Below are positions 16,863 through 26,312 of a DNA stretch of 52,599 bases, in pieces; position 1 is the stretch's first letter, and each line of letters begins with the position of its first letter. This stretch comes from a virus. Taxonomy: Duplodnaviria; Caudoviricetes. The stretch covers positions 1 through 52,599 of the IMG/VR virus record IMGVR_UViG_3300046791_000268; one strand, given 5' to 3'. The position numbers and the translations under genes are program-made. Under the pieces are notes generated by a model, which saw nothing but the letters and a program-made list of their open reading frames with translations, was not told the DNA's origin and ran no database searches.

Positions 16863-17000
16863 GTTCGGTAGAACGGCCAAAAACGCAACTCGGGCTTTTG
16901 CCAATGTCGCCACACGATTAGCTGCCAGTAGCCGTTTGGGCGCTGTAGGGTGAGCGAATAGTTGTGCAGGTAGCGACTTACCGCGATTTTGGCACTTGTC

Positions 17001-17285
17001 ATGCTGATTACTCAGGCTGCATTGCGATTTCGTGGCGACGTTTGGACGCTTCCGCGTCCGGCTCGTCACTGTCACATCATGTGGGTGTTGCGTCAGGTGC
17101 TTGGCTGGGACGGCAAGGCGGGCGCGTTTGTCCCGCTTGATGATGCGGCCGACATTGAGCAAGGATTTGTCACAAACCGAGGGGATTTCGTAGATCGCAT
17201 AACGGCCGGTGAAATCGCGCTGGGCGCGGGCCAGATTGCGGCGCTGGGCTGGCCGCCTGAACTCTACTCGGAAGATTTGTGGTAG
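17001..17285 (+). CDS. Conserved hypothetical phage protein
   Basis: PARH...QGFVTNRGDFVDR..A...A.Q...LYSEDLW. Confidence 0.8.
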   Translation: MLITQAALRFRGDVWTLPRPARHCHIMWVLRQVLGWDGKAGAFVPLDDAADIEQGFVTNRGDFVDRITAGEIALGAGQIAALGWPPELYSEDLW

Positions 17286-17527
17286 GCCTTGCCTACCACC
17301 TTCGCAAAGTTCACTTCGTAACACTCTAAGACGCTGGCCAGCGTCAGCGTGATGGGTATGCCTGTTAGGCTGCCGTAGCTCGCTATTAGCAGCGCGATAA
17401 ATGGCGGCACGGCCGCCGTCCCGTGGCCAAGTAACTCGTGCATGGCCGCTTTCAGCGCGCTGTCAAGCGCCGCTCGCAGCCTCTCTAACTCGGCTGTGTC
17501 CAAAAAATCATCATCCGGCGCTGGCAT
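17264..17527 (-). CDS. Hypothetical protein
   Basis: Chain of overlapping leftward ORFs. Confidence 0.55.
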   Translation of the reverse strand: MPAPDDDFLDTAELERLRAALDSALKAAMHELLGHGTAAVPPFIALLIASYGSLTGIPITLTLASVLECYEVNFAKVVGKAYHKSSE

Positions 17528-17753
17528 GGGTTGTGTCTTCTTTCTGTAGGTCTAAAAACTTGACGCGGATCGATCCGCACAGCGTGAAATCTGGCAGGTG
17601 TCGATACTCCTCCGCGTCGCACGCCAGGCGAAACCAAAACACGCGGCGCCCAAACACATAGCGCTCAAACGGTGCAACGCCGCTGGGCACGCGGTAGGCG
17701 CGACGCTGGCGATTGAACAGCACGCGCAGGCGCGTACGCTGGCGACGGGTCAC
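17511..17753 (-). CDS. Hypothetical protein
   Basis: Chain of overlapping leftward ORFs. Confidence 0.55.
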   Translation of the reverse strand: MTRRQRTRLRVLFNRQRRAYRVPSGVAPFERYVFGRRVFWFRLACDAEEYRHLPDFTLCGSIRVKFLDLQKEDTTHASAG

Positions 17754-17974
17754 GTATCCTTCGCTTTTGTCGGGCTAAGCAGACTGCCGGCGATGATGTC
17801 CAGCGCGTTCGCGATGCGCTCAACGTTGCTGCACATGTCGCTTAGCAGACTGTCAATATTCGCCAGGTGTAACCCGATCGGATAGTCCTGGACTTCGTCA
17901 TCTTGCGAAAGTGGGCCGATGAGTGCACGGCGCAGCGCGTCGACGCTCTCTGAAATCTCTTCTAGTTCTGTCAT
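17750..17974 (-). CDS. Hypothetical protein
   Basis: 4-nt overlaps on both sides. Confidence 0.65.
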   Translation of the reverse strand: MTELEEISESVDALRRALIGPLSQDDEVQDYPIGLHLANIDSLLSDMCSNVERIANALDIIAGSLLSPTKAKDT

Positions 17975-18186
17975 TTCGTTCGCTCCAATGGGTCGGGCTT
18001 GTCAAATGGGTGCCGCGCCGCATCCGCCAGGGCCCGCAACACGTCCACGACAAGCGGCCACATCGACGGCGGCAAGCGCCGTTTGACCCGCGTGTGTAGC
18101 TCATGGCTGTACAGCAGCACATCCCGATCTAGCGTTAGCGTAGTCCCGGGCTCTGCGGAGCTGACAGGGCGGCGGCGCTTGGTCAT
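17971..18186 (-). CDS. Hypothetical protein
   Basis: 4-nt overlaps on both sides. Confidence 0.6.
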   Translation of the reverse strand: MTKRRRPVSSAEPGTTLTLDRDVLLYSHELHTRVKRRLPPSMWPLVVDVLRALADAARHPFDKPDPLERTK

Positions 18187-18416
18187 GCCGCATCGCCCCC
18201 GCTGTCGCTGTCAGCATCGTCCGCAACAAACCACCACTTGCAGCCCGTGTCGCTTTCTTCTTCCGGCGTACAGGGCCGGCAAAGCACGGCATTGAGCATG
18301 CAGGATTCATCCCAGCCGCGCGAGCGCTCGCCATCTATGCCGTAACGCGTCGTGGACGTCTTACCGCACGCTGTGCACACGAACATGTGCCCCTCTGGCG
18401 CCACGCGATCGCTCAT
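18183..18416 (-). CDS. Small Cys-rich (Zn-binding) protein
   Basis: FVCTACGK...GWDESC.LNAVLC. Confidence 0.7.
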   Translation of the reverse strand: MSDRVAPEGHMFVCTACGKTSTTRYGIDGERSRGWDESCMLNAVLCRPCTPEEESDTGCKWWFVADDADSDSGGDAA

Positions 18417-18937
18417 GGCGCTGGCTCTGGCGGCGCGGCTTCCGCGGGAATGTCTACGGCCAGCGTGACCCTGCCAAAGTTCGGATCTTCGATGCGCAGC
18501 GCGACCAGCCGCAGGATGCCGCGCGCGTTGAGTGAATCGCCAGCCTCATCAGCCTGCTGACGCAAATGCGCCGCCACCGTGCCCCGGAACGCTTCTACGG
18601 CCGCGTATTCGTGGGCGGCGCAATCCATGGCGGCACCCACTTCCTGGCTTTCAAGTGTCTGCAGGTTCGCCTGCAGAACGTCAATCGTTGCGTTCAGTTC
18701 GTCGCGTTCCGCGCCGGCTTTCTTGAGCTGGGCCCTAAGTTCGCGGCTCTTGGCGTTCGCCTTGGCGAGCGCGTCAACGGCCGTGATCGCGCACTGACCG
18801 CATAGCGCTACGTTGCCGCTGATCGGCCCGCAGCCGTTGCTGCACACGGGCCCCGGCGCGGCCTTCGGTTTCGGCGCGGGGTTGGGTTTGGCCTTGGGCT
18901 CAGGCTTCGCTTTTGGTTTGGTTTTGTAGTGTGGCAT
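18413..18937 (-). CDS. Coiled-coil protein with KP-rich N-terminus
   Basis: KPKAKP repeats, CxxxC and CxxC, coiled coil. Confidence 0.65.
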   Translation of the reverse strand: MPHYKTKPKAKPEPKAKPNPAPKPKAAPGPVCSNGCGPISGNVALCGQCAITAVDALAKANAKSRELRAQLKKAGAERDELNATIDVLQANLQTLESQEVGAAMDCAAHEYAAVEAFRGTVAAHLRQQADEAGDSLNARGILRLVALRIEDPNFGRVTLAVDIPAEAAPPEPAP

Positions 18938-19664
18938 CGGGGTTCTCTGGCGTTTCACGCTTGCGGTAGTCGCGCAACTTCGATGCTGCATAGTGACACT
19001 GTGCGATGGTTTCGTAACGCACGGGCATATCGTACTCGCCCAAGTCGTGCGGGTCAGTGGGCGTTGCTGGTAGCTCGCCTACGGCATGCAACAGCTTTTC
19101 AAGGTACATGCCGCTGACTGTCTTTGCGGCGGCCGCTCCCATGAAGTCGTCAAGGTGACTTTGCGTGCGTGCGTGCGCGGCTTTCTCATAATACAGCGCG
19201 TCACGGGTTTGGGCGTGCGCGATCGTTTCCGCGTTTAGCCGGTTGATAAAGCTTTCCGTCGCATCGCTTGCGGCAAGGCGTCCGGCACGCCAGTGCAAGC
19301 TTTCGTGCCGCAGCCCGTCCAGCTCGACACGTAAGCGCCGCAACGCGCGGGCCAGCACGGCCGCTGCGCTATCCGCGTCGCTTTCGTCAGCGCGCTGTAG
19401 CGCCGATTCGACCAGCGCCCATTCGTCCGGTGTTTGGTCCGCGATCGACACGGCTGACCCTTCGGGCTGCTGAGCCGTTTCCGACCGTGGCCCGCGGCGC
19501 ATTAGTTCCCTAGGCGCGCAGTGACCGCAAAAGCTGGGGCCGCCTACGTGGCTAACGATGCAGTGATCACGGCCGTGAAACACAACGCCCGGATTGCAGG
19601 CACGGGCGCCCGCAATGCACGTGAACGTTACATGGCAGCCCGCGCAAACGTATTCGGTTTCCAT
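18900..19664 (-). CDS. Hypothetical protein (Zn finger plus coiled coil; possibly two genes)
   Basis: CAGC...CGHC N-terminus. Confidence 0.6.
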   Translation of the reverse strand: METEYVCAGCHVTFTCIAGARACNPGVVFHGRDHCIVSHVGGPSFCGHCAPRELMRRGPRSETAQQPEGSAVSIADQTPDEWALVESALQRADESDADSAAAVLARALRRLRVELDGLRHESLHWRAGRLAASDATESFINRLNAETIAHAQTRDALYYEKAAHARTQSHLDDFMGAAAAKTVSGMYLEKLLHAVGELPATPTDPHDLGEYDMPVRYETIAQCHYAASKLRDYRKRETPENPDATLQNQTKSEA

Positions 19665-19701
19665 AGCCGCGCACTCTAACCCAACATTCAGTCATTGACA
19701 C

Positions 19702-21081
19702 ATGTCAAAAAGCGCGGCCAAAGCTGCAAAGAAGCAGCGGCCTGCCGCTACGTCCAGCGCAGAGATTTACAAGGCTGAGTCGCAGCCATCTGTACGCGTC
19801 CAGACACTTTTCACGCCTCCGATGCTGCGCTCGCTTGAGCTGCAGGTTGATTCAGGGGAGCTGTGGCGGCTAGCTGATTTGTGCGAACAGATACTGGCTG
19901 ACGATCGCGTCAGTGAACTGCTGGAATCGTTGGTAGGTGAAGTGCTGGGCTCGGAGCTGACTTTCGAAGTCGGCCCGCGGCAGAACGCCGGAAGCGCCGA
20001 AAAGAGCGAGGAACTCGAAGAAGACTGGCCGATCGGCTTCGATGATGACGAGCTAACCAGCCTCGCAATCTGGACGCTGATGTGTGGCGTTGGCTTCGCC
20101 AAAATCGAACGCTGGGTGAGCCAGCCGCCCAGCTCTGCAGACGCAACGCAAAGCACGCCCGCACGCGTGATCCCCGTGCTGCGCTGGTGGCATCCAAAGC
20201 ACTTTTGCTACGATTACACCTCGAATACGTGGCAAGTACGCGATCAACTCGGGATCAAAACGCCGATCCACGCGGGTGATGGCACGTGGATCATTGCCAC
20301 GCGGCGCGGCGAAGTCCGGCCCTGGGCATCGGGGCTTTGGCGCGGTCTGTCGCGCTGGTGGATGCTCAAACAGTACGCGGTCTCTGACTGGGGCGTGCAC
20401 TCTGAGAAAGCCAGCAAGCTGGTGGCCACGTCGCCAGACGGCGCGACGTTTGAAGATCGGGCCTCGCTTGTTACCGAGATTTTCAACGCCGCTAAAGACG
20501 CTACGATCGCGCTTCCGATCGGGTTTGATCTCAAGCTCCTAGAACTCAGCGCGGACACGCGCATGATCTATGAAGCCCAGATCAATGCGGCGAACGAATC
20601 CTTTGCGATCGGTATCGCGGGCCAAAACCTGACTACCAAAGTCGAGGGCGGTTCGCACGCCGCAGCCCAGGTACACGAGAATAAAGAGAACAAAAAGCAG
20701 CGCTATGTAGCCCAGTTTTTGGGCAAGCTTCTAAGCACGCAGGTGCTGACCTGGTGGGCTCAGTACAACTTTGGCGATCGCGCGCTTGCGCCCTATCCCA
20801 AATACCACACAGAGCCGCCTGACGATGTTCTGTCACGGGCTACCGCACTCAAGATGTTGGGCGATGCGCTCAACAGTCTCAAAACCGCGGGCTACCAGCT
20901 CAGCACCGAACAGATAGAAGAAGCCTACGGGGTAGAGCTTACGGAAGTGCCCCCGCCTCCGATGCCTACGCTAGGCCCCAACGGTCTGCCTGTGAAGCCG
21001 CCTCCCGGCACACCGGGATCGCCAGGTCCACAAGCCGCGCCACCGCGCAAGCCGCCGCCTGCGGCCCCGCCAGCGTCGTAA
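19702..21081 (+). CDS. Portal protein (Mu gp29/DUF935-like)
   Basis: IAGQNLTT...GGSHAAAQVH motif, position, Pro-rich tail. Confidence 0.9.
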   Translation: MSKSAAKAAKKQRPAATSSAEIYKAESQPSVRVQTLFTPPMLRSLELQVDSGELWRLADLCEQILADDRVSELLESLVGEVLGSELTFEVGPRQNAGSAEKSEELEEDWPIGFDDDELTSLAIWTLMCGVGFAKIERWVSQPPSSADATQSTPARVIPVLRWWHPKHFCYDYTSNTWQVRDQLGIKTPIHAGDGTWIIATRRGEVRPWASGLWRGLSRWWMLKQYAVSDWGVHSEKASKLVATSPDGATFEDRASLVTEIFNAAKDATIALPIGFDLKLLELSADTRMIYEAQINAANESFAIGIAGQNLTTKVEGGSHAAAQVHENKENKKQRYVAQFLGKLLSTQVLTWWAQYNFGDRALAPYPKYHTEPPDDVLSRATALKMLGDALNSLKTAGYQLSTEQIEEAYGVELTEVPPPPMPTLGPNGLPVKPPPGTPGSPGPQAAPPRKPPPAAPPAS

Positions 21082-21183
21082 CGCGCTCGCCGCTAATGGC
21101 TGCAACGGAGCGGCCGCGCTCTGTCCTGCGGTCTGTCGTCGGCCTGGGCTCCGCTGCAACCACGTCCAAGGTGACACATTCTC

Positions 21184-22533
21184 ATGACAAAATCAGTCTT
21201 TGAAGTTCAGGCGTCCGCAGACGGTAGCGCGCTGACGCTGAACCTGTTTGGCCGCATTGGCGGCGGCATGTTCGATGAAGGCATCACAGCGAACATGGTC
21301 CAGCGCCAGCTGGATCAGCACCCGCACGCGCGCGAGATTCAGTGCAATCTCAGCTCGCCTGGCGGCAACATGTTCGAAGCCCAGGCGATCCGCAGCATCC
21401 TGGCGGCGCATCCTGCCAACGTCACTGTGGATGTAGTCGGCCTTGCGGCGTCAGCCGGTAGTTTGCTGGCGATGTGCGGCGACAAGATCCGCATGCACGA
21501 GGGCGCGTCAATGATGGTGCATGACGCCACCACGATGACGCAAGGCGGCGTCAGCGATCATAACCGCGCCATCGCGGCGTTAGGCGCCGCTGACACGAAC
21601 ATGGCGGATCTGTATGCCGCCCGCAGCGGCAAGACAGCGGCGCAGTGCAAGAAAATGATGGCCGCTGAAACGTGGATGACCGCGGCGCAGGCCGTTGCGG
21701 AGGGCTTTGCCGATGAAGTGATCAAGGGCAAGCCCGGCGCGCCACAGACAGCGCCGCAGGCCTGTTTAGAAGCGCGTTTTGACACGCGGGATCTCGGTTA
21801 CGCGCGCGTGCCAGTGGAGTACGCGCATTTTTTCATCACTGCGCAGGCGACAACGTTGCCGCCCGCGCCACTCACACAACCCACTGGGGAGCTAACTGTT
21901 ATGGCCGATTACACGCGCATCGCACAGGCACTGAGCCTGACCGCAGACGCAGGAGAAGGCGCCGTGTTTTCGGCGCTGGACAAGCTCAAAGACAAAGCCG
22001 CCACCGCTGACAAGGCAGTAGCCCAACTGTACGCGCTGACTGGCACGCAGGATATTTCTGCAGCGTTCGGTGTGGTGCAAGCGCACGCGGAAGCCGCAAA
22101 GCAGCTGCCGATCGTCAAGGAGCAAGCGGACACGCAAGCCAAGGCGCTGGAAACCGCGGAACGCGCCGCACTGTTTGCGGCGGATTCTGCGGATGCGAAG
22201 GGCCGCAAGCTTACGCCGGCCATGCAAGCGTATTGGGCGGAGCGTCCGGTCAAGGAGCTACGCGAGTTTCTAGCCGTGGCACCTGTCGTGATTGCGAACA
22301 CGGCCGCAGCCACTGGCGGCGCCCAGCCGCCTGTCAACGCGGGCCCTGCCGCAGGCAAGGTCGCCCCGATTTTGTATGAGGGCAAGACCTGGGAACAGCA
22401 CGTAGCGGAAGCGCCCAGCGTGCTCGCGGAGCTGCACAGCGCGGACCCCGCGCAATACGCGGCACTGAAAGCCAATCACGAGGAGCGCGGACGCCCGCGC
22501 GCGCACGTCACCCAGCCGCGCGCAGGCGCGTAA
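21184..22533 (+). CDS. ClpP-type head maturation protease with C-terminal scaffold
   Basis: SSPGG, LAASAGS, MVHD, ETWMTA..AV..GFAD. Confidence 0.92.
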   Translation: MTKSVFEVQASADGSALTLNLFGRIGGGMFDEGITANMVQRQLDQHPHAREIQCNLSSPGGNMFEAQAIRSILAAHPANVTVDVVGLAASAGSLLAMCGDKIRMHEGASMMVHDATTMTQGGVSDHNRAIAALGAADTNMADLYAARSGKTAAQCKKMMAAETWMTAAQAVAEGFADEVIKGKPGAPQTAPQACLEARFDTRDLGYARVPVEYAHFFITAQATTLPPAPLTQPTGELTVMADYTRIAQALSLTADAGEGAVFSALDKLKDKAATADKAVAQLYALTGTQDISAAFGVVQAHAEAAKQLPIVKEQADTQAKALETAERAALFAADSADAKGRKLTPAMQAYWAERPVKELREFLAVAPVVIANTAAATGGAQPPVNAGPAAGKVAPILYEGKTWEQHVAEAPSVLAELHSADPAQYAALKANHEERGRPRAHVTQPRAGA

Positions 22534-22568
22534 CCCGCACCCGATCAAACGCAAAGGATTTTTGACCT

Positions 22569-23453
22569 ATGCCGACCACAGTTCGCAGTGACATCGTTGT
22601 ACCTGAGTTGCTAGAGCAAGCCATTGAGGGCGCGTTTCTAGGGCGCACGTTGTTGTTTGGTACTGGCGCCGTAGTCCGCTCGAACACGCTACCAGGCAAC
22701 AAAAAGGGCGGTGACACTGTCACGATCCCTTACTTCAGTACGCTGGGTGACGCTGAAACCCTCGCAGAGGGTGACGCGCTGACACCTGAGAAAATCACCG
22801 AATCGAAAGAGACTAACGTTGTCATTCGAATCGGTAAGGCGTTCGAAACGACCATGTGGGCGCAATGGGCGGCCGCTGGCGATCCGTACAAAGAAGCTTC
22901 GCGGCAAATCGATATCATCATCGCGCGCGCGCAAGATCAGGCGCTGATCGATCGCGCTACGGCGGCACTGCCTACGGCGTACGTCTGGGATATCACCGGC
23001 ACGCCAGGCGCTACGCTGAACTTCGATGTGATCACGGATGCCGCAGGCATCTGGGGTGACCAGCAAGACGATGTGGTGCTTCTGGGCGTGCACAGCAAGG
23101 TCTTCCGCGACTTGCGCAAGCTCAAGGATTCCACGGGACGGCCGCTCTTGGTTGACCCCGAGTTTTCCCCGCTGCCACTCGGACGCCCAGCGCCCGCGAC
23201 GATCTGGGGAATCCCGATCGTGGTGTCTGACAAGTGCAAGGTAATCTCTGGCACGCCCAACCAGTATGAAAGCCTGTTGATCAAGCGCAGCGCGCTGGCG
23301 CTGTGGGAAATGCAGGCGCCTGTGGTCAAGACGGGTGACGATATCCTCGCACACACGGAGATTTTGGCCGTGCATCACTACTTCGCCACGCACCGTTACC
23401 TGCGCGTGCAAGGGTCCACACACCCCGGCGTCATCAAGATCAAGCACTTCTAA
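22569..23453 (+). CDS. Major capsid protein
   Basis: Follows protease; GDTVTIPYF...LAEG, LRKLKDSTGRPL, GIPIVVSD (HK97-type). Confidence 0.92.
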   Translation: MPTTVRSDIVVPELLEQAIEGAFLGRTLLFGTGAVVRSNTLPGNKKGGDTVTIPYFSTLGDAETLAEGDALTPEKITESKETNVVIRIGKAFETTMWAQWAAAGDPYKEASRQIDIIIARAQDQALIDRATAALPTAYVWDITGTPGATLNFDVITDAAGIWGDQQDDVVLLGVHSKVFRDLRKLKDSTGRPLLVDPEFSPLPLGRPAPATIWGIPIVVSDKCKVISGTPNQYESLLIKRSALALWEMQAPVVKTGDDILAHTEILAVHHYFATHRYLRVQGSTHPGVIKIKHF

Positions 23454-23486
23454 GTCTAGGCGACCTACACACAGGACAATAACGCT

Positions 23487-23966
23487 ATGCCATACATTGC
23501 CACCCCCAGTAAGTCGCCTTTCGGCCACCCCCAAGTCCACGCCAACGCCGTAGGTACGGCAGAGTACAACGGCGGGGATATCTACGCGGTCAAGCTGGCC
23601 GTTGACTACACGATGGCAGACGCCACCGTGCTGTTCACGATCCCTTACCGCAGCATCATGATCCCTGACAGCCCGTTCATGGAAGTGATCACGGGTTTCA
23701 CTGGCGGCACTGCGTCAGCGGTGGGCGCATCGTCGAGCCAGACGGCCTACACCGCAAAGGGAAGCCTGCACGGCGGCGCCGCTGGGCTTCTGACCGCGGT
23801 CATCGGTACGACCACGATCGTGCGCGGCACCGTAGGCACCGGCGTCTCTGCGGCGCCTAACGTGGTCGTGCTCGAAAAGGGCGCCACCATTCGCTGGGAT
23901 CTCATCGCGAGTCAGTACGCGGTGGGCGCTGGTTTCCTCCACATGGCGTTCCGCACGATCGGCTAA
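23487..23966 (+). CDS. Putative capsid decoration protein
   Basis: Beta/Gly-Thr-rich, directly after the capsid gene. Confidence 0.55.
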   Translation: MPYIATPSKSPFGHPQVHANAVGTAEYNGGDIYAVKLAVDYTMADATVLFTIPYRSIMIPDSPFMEVITGFTGGTASAVGASSSQTAYTAKGSLHGGAAGLLTAVIGTTTIVRGTVGTGVSAAPNVVVLEKGATIRWDLIASQYAVGAGFLHMAFRTIG

Positions 23967-23969
23967 GCC

Positions 23970-24377
23970 ATGGCGTTCCCCGCTATCATCCGACGCGAAC
24001 ACAACCGGACGCGTGAGATCCAGGCCGCGCGCGCCGCCAAGCGCCAAGCGTATTACGACGCTTTCGGCGAGGCGGAACGCGCGGACGCGGAGCGGCCCAC
24101 CCCCGTGATCGAACCGTACGAATCGCCCCCGGGCGCTGACCCCGGGCCCGTGCCTGACGTCGAGCCTGCCCCCGAGCCTAAGCCCGACGAACCGGACGCG
24201 GCGCCTGTGCCCAGCGAACCGGCCCCCGACGAATCCGAGGCGCCTGACGTGGCCGCGCGCGCCACGCAAACCGCCAAGGCGGCCCCGCAGCCTGCCAGAC
24301 TTGCGTCTGTCAGCCCCGGCCCGCAACACGCGCAGCTGCGGCCAGGGTTTCAGCCCAGCCGCAGCATCAGGCGCTAG
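23970..24377 (+). CDS. Pro/Glu-rich hypothetical protein
   Basis: In operon, 3 nt after the previous stop. Confidence 0.65.
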   Translation: MAFPAIIRREHNRTREIQAARAAKRQAYYDAFGEAERADAERPTPVIEPYESPPGADPGPVPDVEPAPEPKPDEPDAAPVPSEPAPDESEAPDVAARATQTAKAAPQPARLASVSPGPQHAQLRPGFQPSRSIRR

Positions 24378-24860
24378 TCACTCCGACAGGTCCAACAGGT
24401 GACGGCTGATGGTGTGGGCCAACTCGCGGATCTCAGCGTCAGCGCATTCCAAGGCCTGGCGCATGGCTGCCAAGTCTTTCGCGTCCATCGCCTCTCGGAT
24501 CGCGTCGGACAGGCGCTTGACGCGTGAGTCTTGCAGGTAGGCCATGTGCGAAACGCACTCCTTGAGGTGTGCGGCGTTCATCACTTCCGCGCATTGTTGG
24601 GCGATCTGTTCGTTCCACTGTTCGATCGCTTGCGCTTCTGACCGGCCCACACCGCTAGTCTGGGGTGTGCCATCTGCGCATTCCTCGCACGCGATGCTGT
24701 AAAAGCCAGCGGGCTGACTTTCGACAGTGGGTGTGGTGCCGCACGTACACGCCAGCGGCTCTGTGGGCGTGTGTTCGGAGTGAAAAGCCGCATACGCCTT
24801 GCGAAAGGCGTCACACTTTGAGCATTCGTTATTGGGGCACTGGCCGTTGCAGTTGTTCAT
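24378..24860 (-). CDS. Cassette protein with Lar-like zinc finger
   Basis: CTCGTTP...IACEEC...AIEQWN; ATG 7 nt after the -10 of copy 17. Confidence 0.75.
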   Translation of the reverse strand: MNNCNGQCPNNECSKCDAFRKAYAAFHSEHTPTEPLACTCGTTPTVESQPAGFYSIACEECADGTPQTSGVGRSEAQAIEQWNEQIAQQCAEVMNAAHLKECVSHMAYLQDSRVKRLSDAIREAMDAKDLAAMRQALECADAEIRELAHTISRHLLDLSE

Positions 24861-24867
24861 AAGCATC

Positions 24868-24905
24868 AATCTAGCAGGGATATGAAATCGCGCAACTAGA
24901 AATCA
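24868..24905 (-). promoter_or_regulatory. Repeated element copy 17
   Basis: tgatttctag-TTG-cgcgatttca; TTGCGC-16-TAGATT; its TGA is the stop of the upstream gene. Confidence 0.85.
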
Positions 24906-25106
24906 ATGTGACCAGGCTTCATTATCAAAGTGGTGCGCGCGCACGCCCACGGTAGCCGGTATTTCCCCTTGCCAGAGAAAAACGCGCTGTTGTTCGCGCG
25001 CCACGGCGTCGTAAGCATCCTCCTCCCGGGCATGCACAGAGACCACCGTGCAACGGTTAGGGGTAATGTCGCCAGCCACTACGTAAGTCGAGGGTTTTTT
25101 GTCCAT
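24903..25106 (-). CDS. Hypothetical cassette protein (67 aa)
   Basis: Between copies 18 and 17. Confidence 0.8.
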   Translation of the reverse strand: MDKKPSTYVVAGDITPNRCTVVSVHAREEDAYDAVAREQQRVFLWQGEIPATVGVRAHHFDNEAWSH

Positions 25107-25112
25107 TCCAAA

Positions 25113-25151
25113 AGCCTAGGGCATGCGCTGAAATAACGCAACGCTAAATCA
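25113..25151 (-). promoter_or_regulatory. Repeated element copy 18
   Basis: tgatttagcg-TTG-cgttatttca; TTGCGT-17-TAGGCT-6 nt-ATG. Confidence 0.85.
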
Positions 25152-25153
25152 GC

Positions 25154-25450
25154 ATGTCTGACATTCTCACCTACCGGCGCTACCTGCATAACGAGCGCAT
25201 GAACGCCCGCGCACGTCAGGACAAGGAGTTGGAAAGCGTCTGGCGTGCGAAGCAGGAGGCTCAGCCTGGCACGGCCATCCCTGCCAGTGTGCCCTACCAC
25301 CCCGAACTAGCCATGGGCGGTTACGAGGCGCTAGAAGACTTGGACGGCGCGGACAGTTGCGAGCTGGTGACTATGACAAGCCTTGCGTGTGGCCCGGGTC
25401 TGACGCATCGGGAGGCGGATCAGGTAATGGCGGCGCTTGCGGCTCTGTAG
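25154..25450 (+). CDS. Hypothetical head-region protein (possible HhH-like C-terminus)
   Basis: LAMGGYEALEDL..A...EL...GL pattern. Confidence 0.65.
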   Translation: MSDILTYRRYLHNERMNARARQDKELESVWRAKQEAQPGTAIPASVPYHPELAMGGYEALEDLDGADSCELVTMTSLACGPGLTHREADQVMAALAAL

Positions 25451-25631
25451 TTCCACACTCGGGGTTTATGCAGGTCAGGCGTAGGCTTGCCAGCGCCGGA
25501 TCGTGCAATGGCGCAAGGTCTATAAGCCGATTGAACCAGCACGCCCAGCAAAGGCCCGCTAGGTCAAGCTGACTTGCCCAATAGTCAGCGGGGTCGTAGC
25601 CCCGCGGACAGTGATCGTCAGGGTACGTCAT
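25371..25631 (-). CDS. Hypothetical Cys-rich protein
   Basis: Start MTYPDD; CWAC and CINPEC; 3' end overlaps the convergent gene. Confidence 0.45.
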   Translation of the reverse strand: MTYPDDHCPRGYDPADYWASQLDLAGLCWACWFNRLIDLAPLHDPALASLRLTCINPECGTTEPQAPPLPDPPPDASDPGHTQGLS

Positions 25632-25818
25632 GTGGGACCAGCAGTGAGCGTAGCGTGTCACCGTGTGGATAGCCCCCGGCGTATTGGTCTAGCGCGTGCT
25701 CTATCCCCTTGCGCAGGCGCGCCACTTCGGCGACCAGCGCGGCCCTGTACGCGACTTCCGCCGCCAGCGATTTGCACAGGGGACACGTGGCGAGTTCACA
25801 GCCCAGCGGTTTGATCAT
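25618..25818 (-). CDS. Hypothetical protein
   Basis: Start MIKPLG; CPLC followed by helix. Confidence 0.5.
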   Translation of the reverse strand: MIKPLGCELATCPLCKSLAAEVAYRAALVAEVARLRKGIEHALDQYAGGYPHGDTLRSLLVPHDVP

Positions 25819-25958
25819 GGCCGCACGTTGGCATGAGTCAATGACAGATGCCAACGGCCTGGACGGGTCAGCGGCGGACGTGCCCAGGCACACAAGATCA
25901 ATCCGCGCAAACCGCGCGGGCTGTGTACGCAAACCTCCACGGGACGGGACACAAACAC

Positions 25959-26309
25959 ATGGGATATTACAAGGCCAACGGCCGCTACGCGGACACGATC
26001 GTGAGCACGTTCGCCAACGGCGTTATCAGCGTCACCACGACCAGCCCCGCGCATGAGCTGGGTGACCGCGGCACGATCCGAATCGACACCGCGGTAACGG
26101 CCATCACAGGCACGCCCACGCTGACAGTGGCTGTTGAAACCAGCAAAGACGGCGTGACCTGGGTAGCGGTGGCCGCGTTTACCGCGATTTCCACGGTTAG
26201 CACGGCGCGCAAAATCTTTTCGGGCTTGGATCGATTCGTCCACATCGTCGAAACGGTAGGCGGCGGCGCAGGCACGATTACGCGCAGCGTCGTGGGCGAA
26301 TCCTGCTAA
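25959..26309 (+). CDS. Virion beta-sandwich protein
   Basis: TLTVAVETSKDGVTW...; Thr-rich; start MGYYK. Confidence 0.7.
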   Translation: MGYYKANGRYADTIVSTFANGVISVTTTSPAHELGDRGTIRIDTAVTAITGTPTLTVAVETSKDGVTWVAVAAFTAISTVSTARKIFSGLDRFVHIVETVGGGAGTITRSVVGESC

Positions 26310-26312
26310 CCC

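Noticed and set aside
22689-24329. Long minus-strand ORFs over the capsid region, and similar shadows over tape measure and integrase
   Set aside because: Antisense shadows of GC-rich genes without protein-like features
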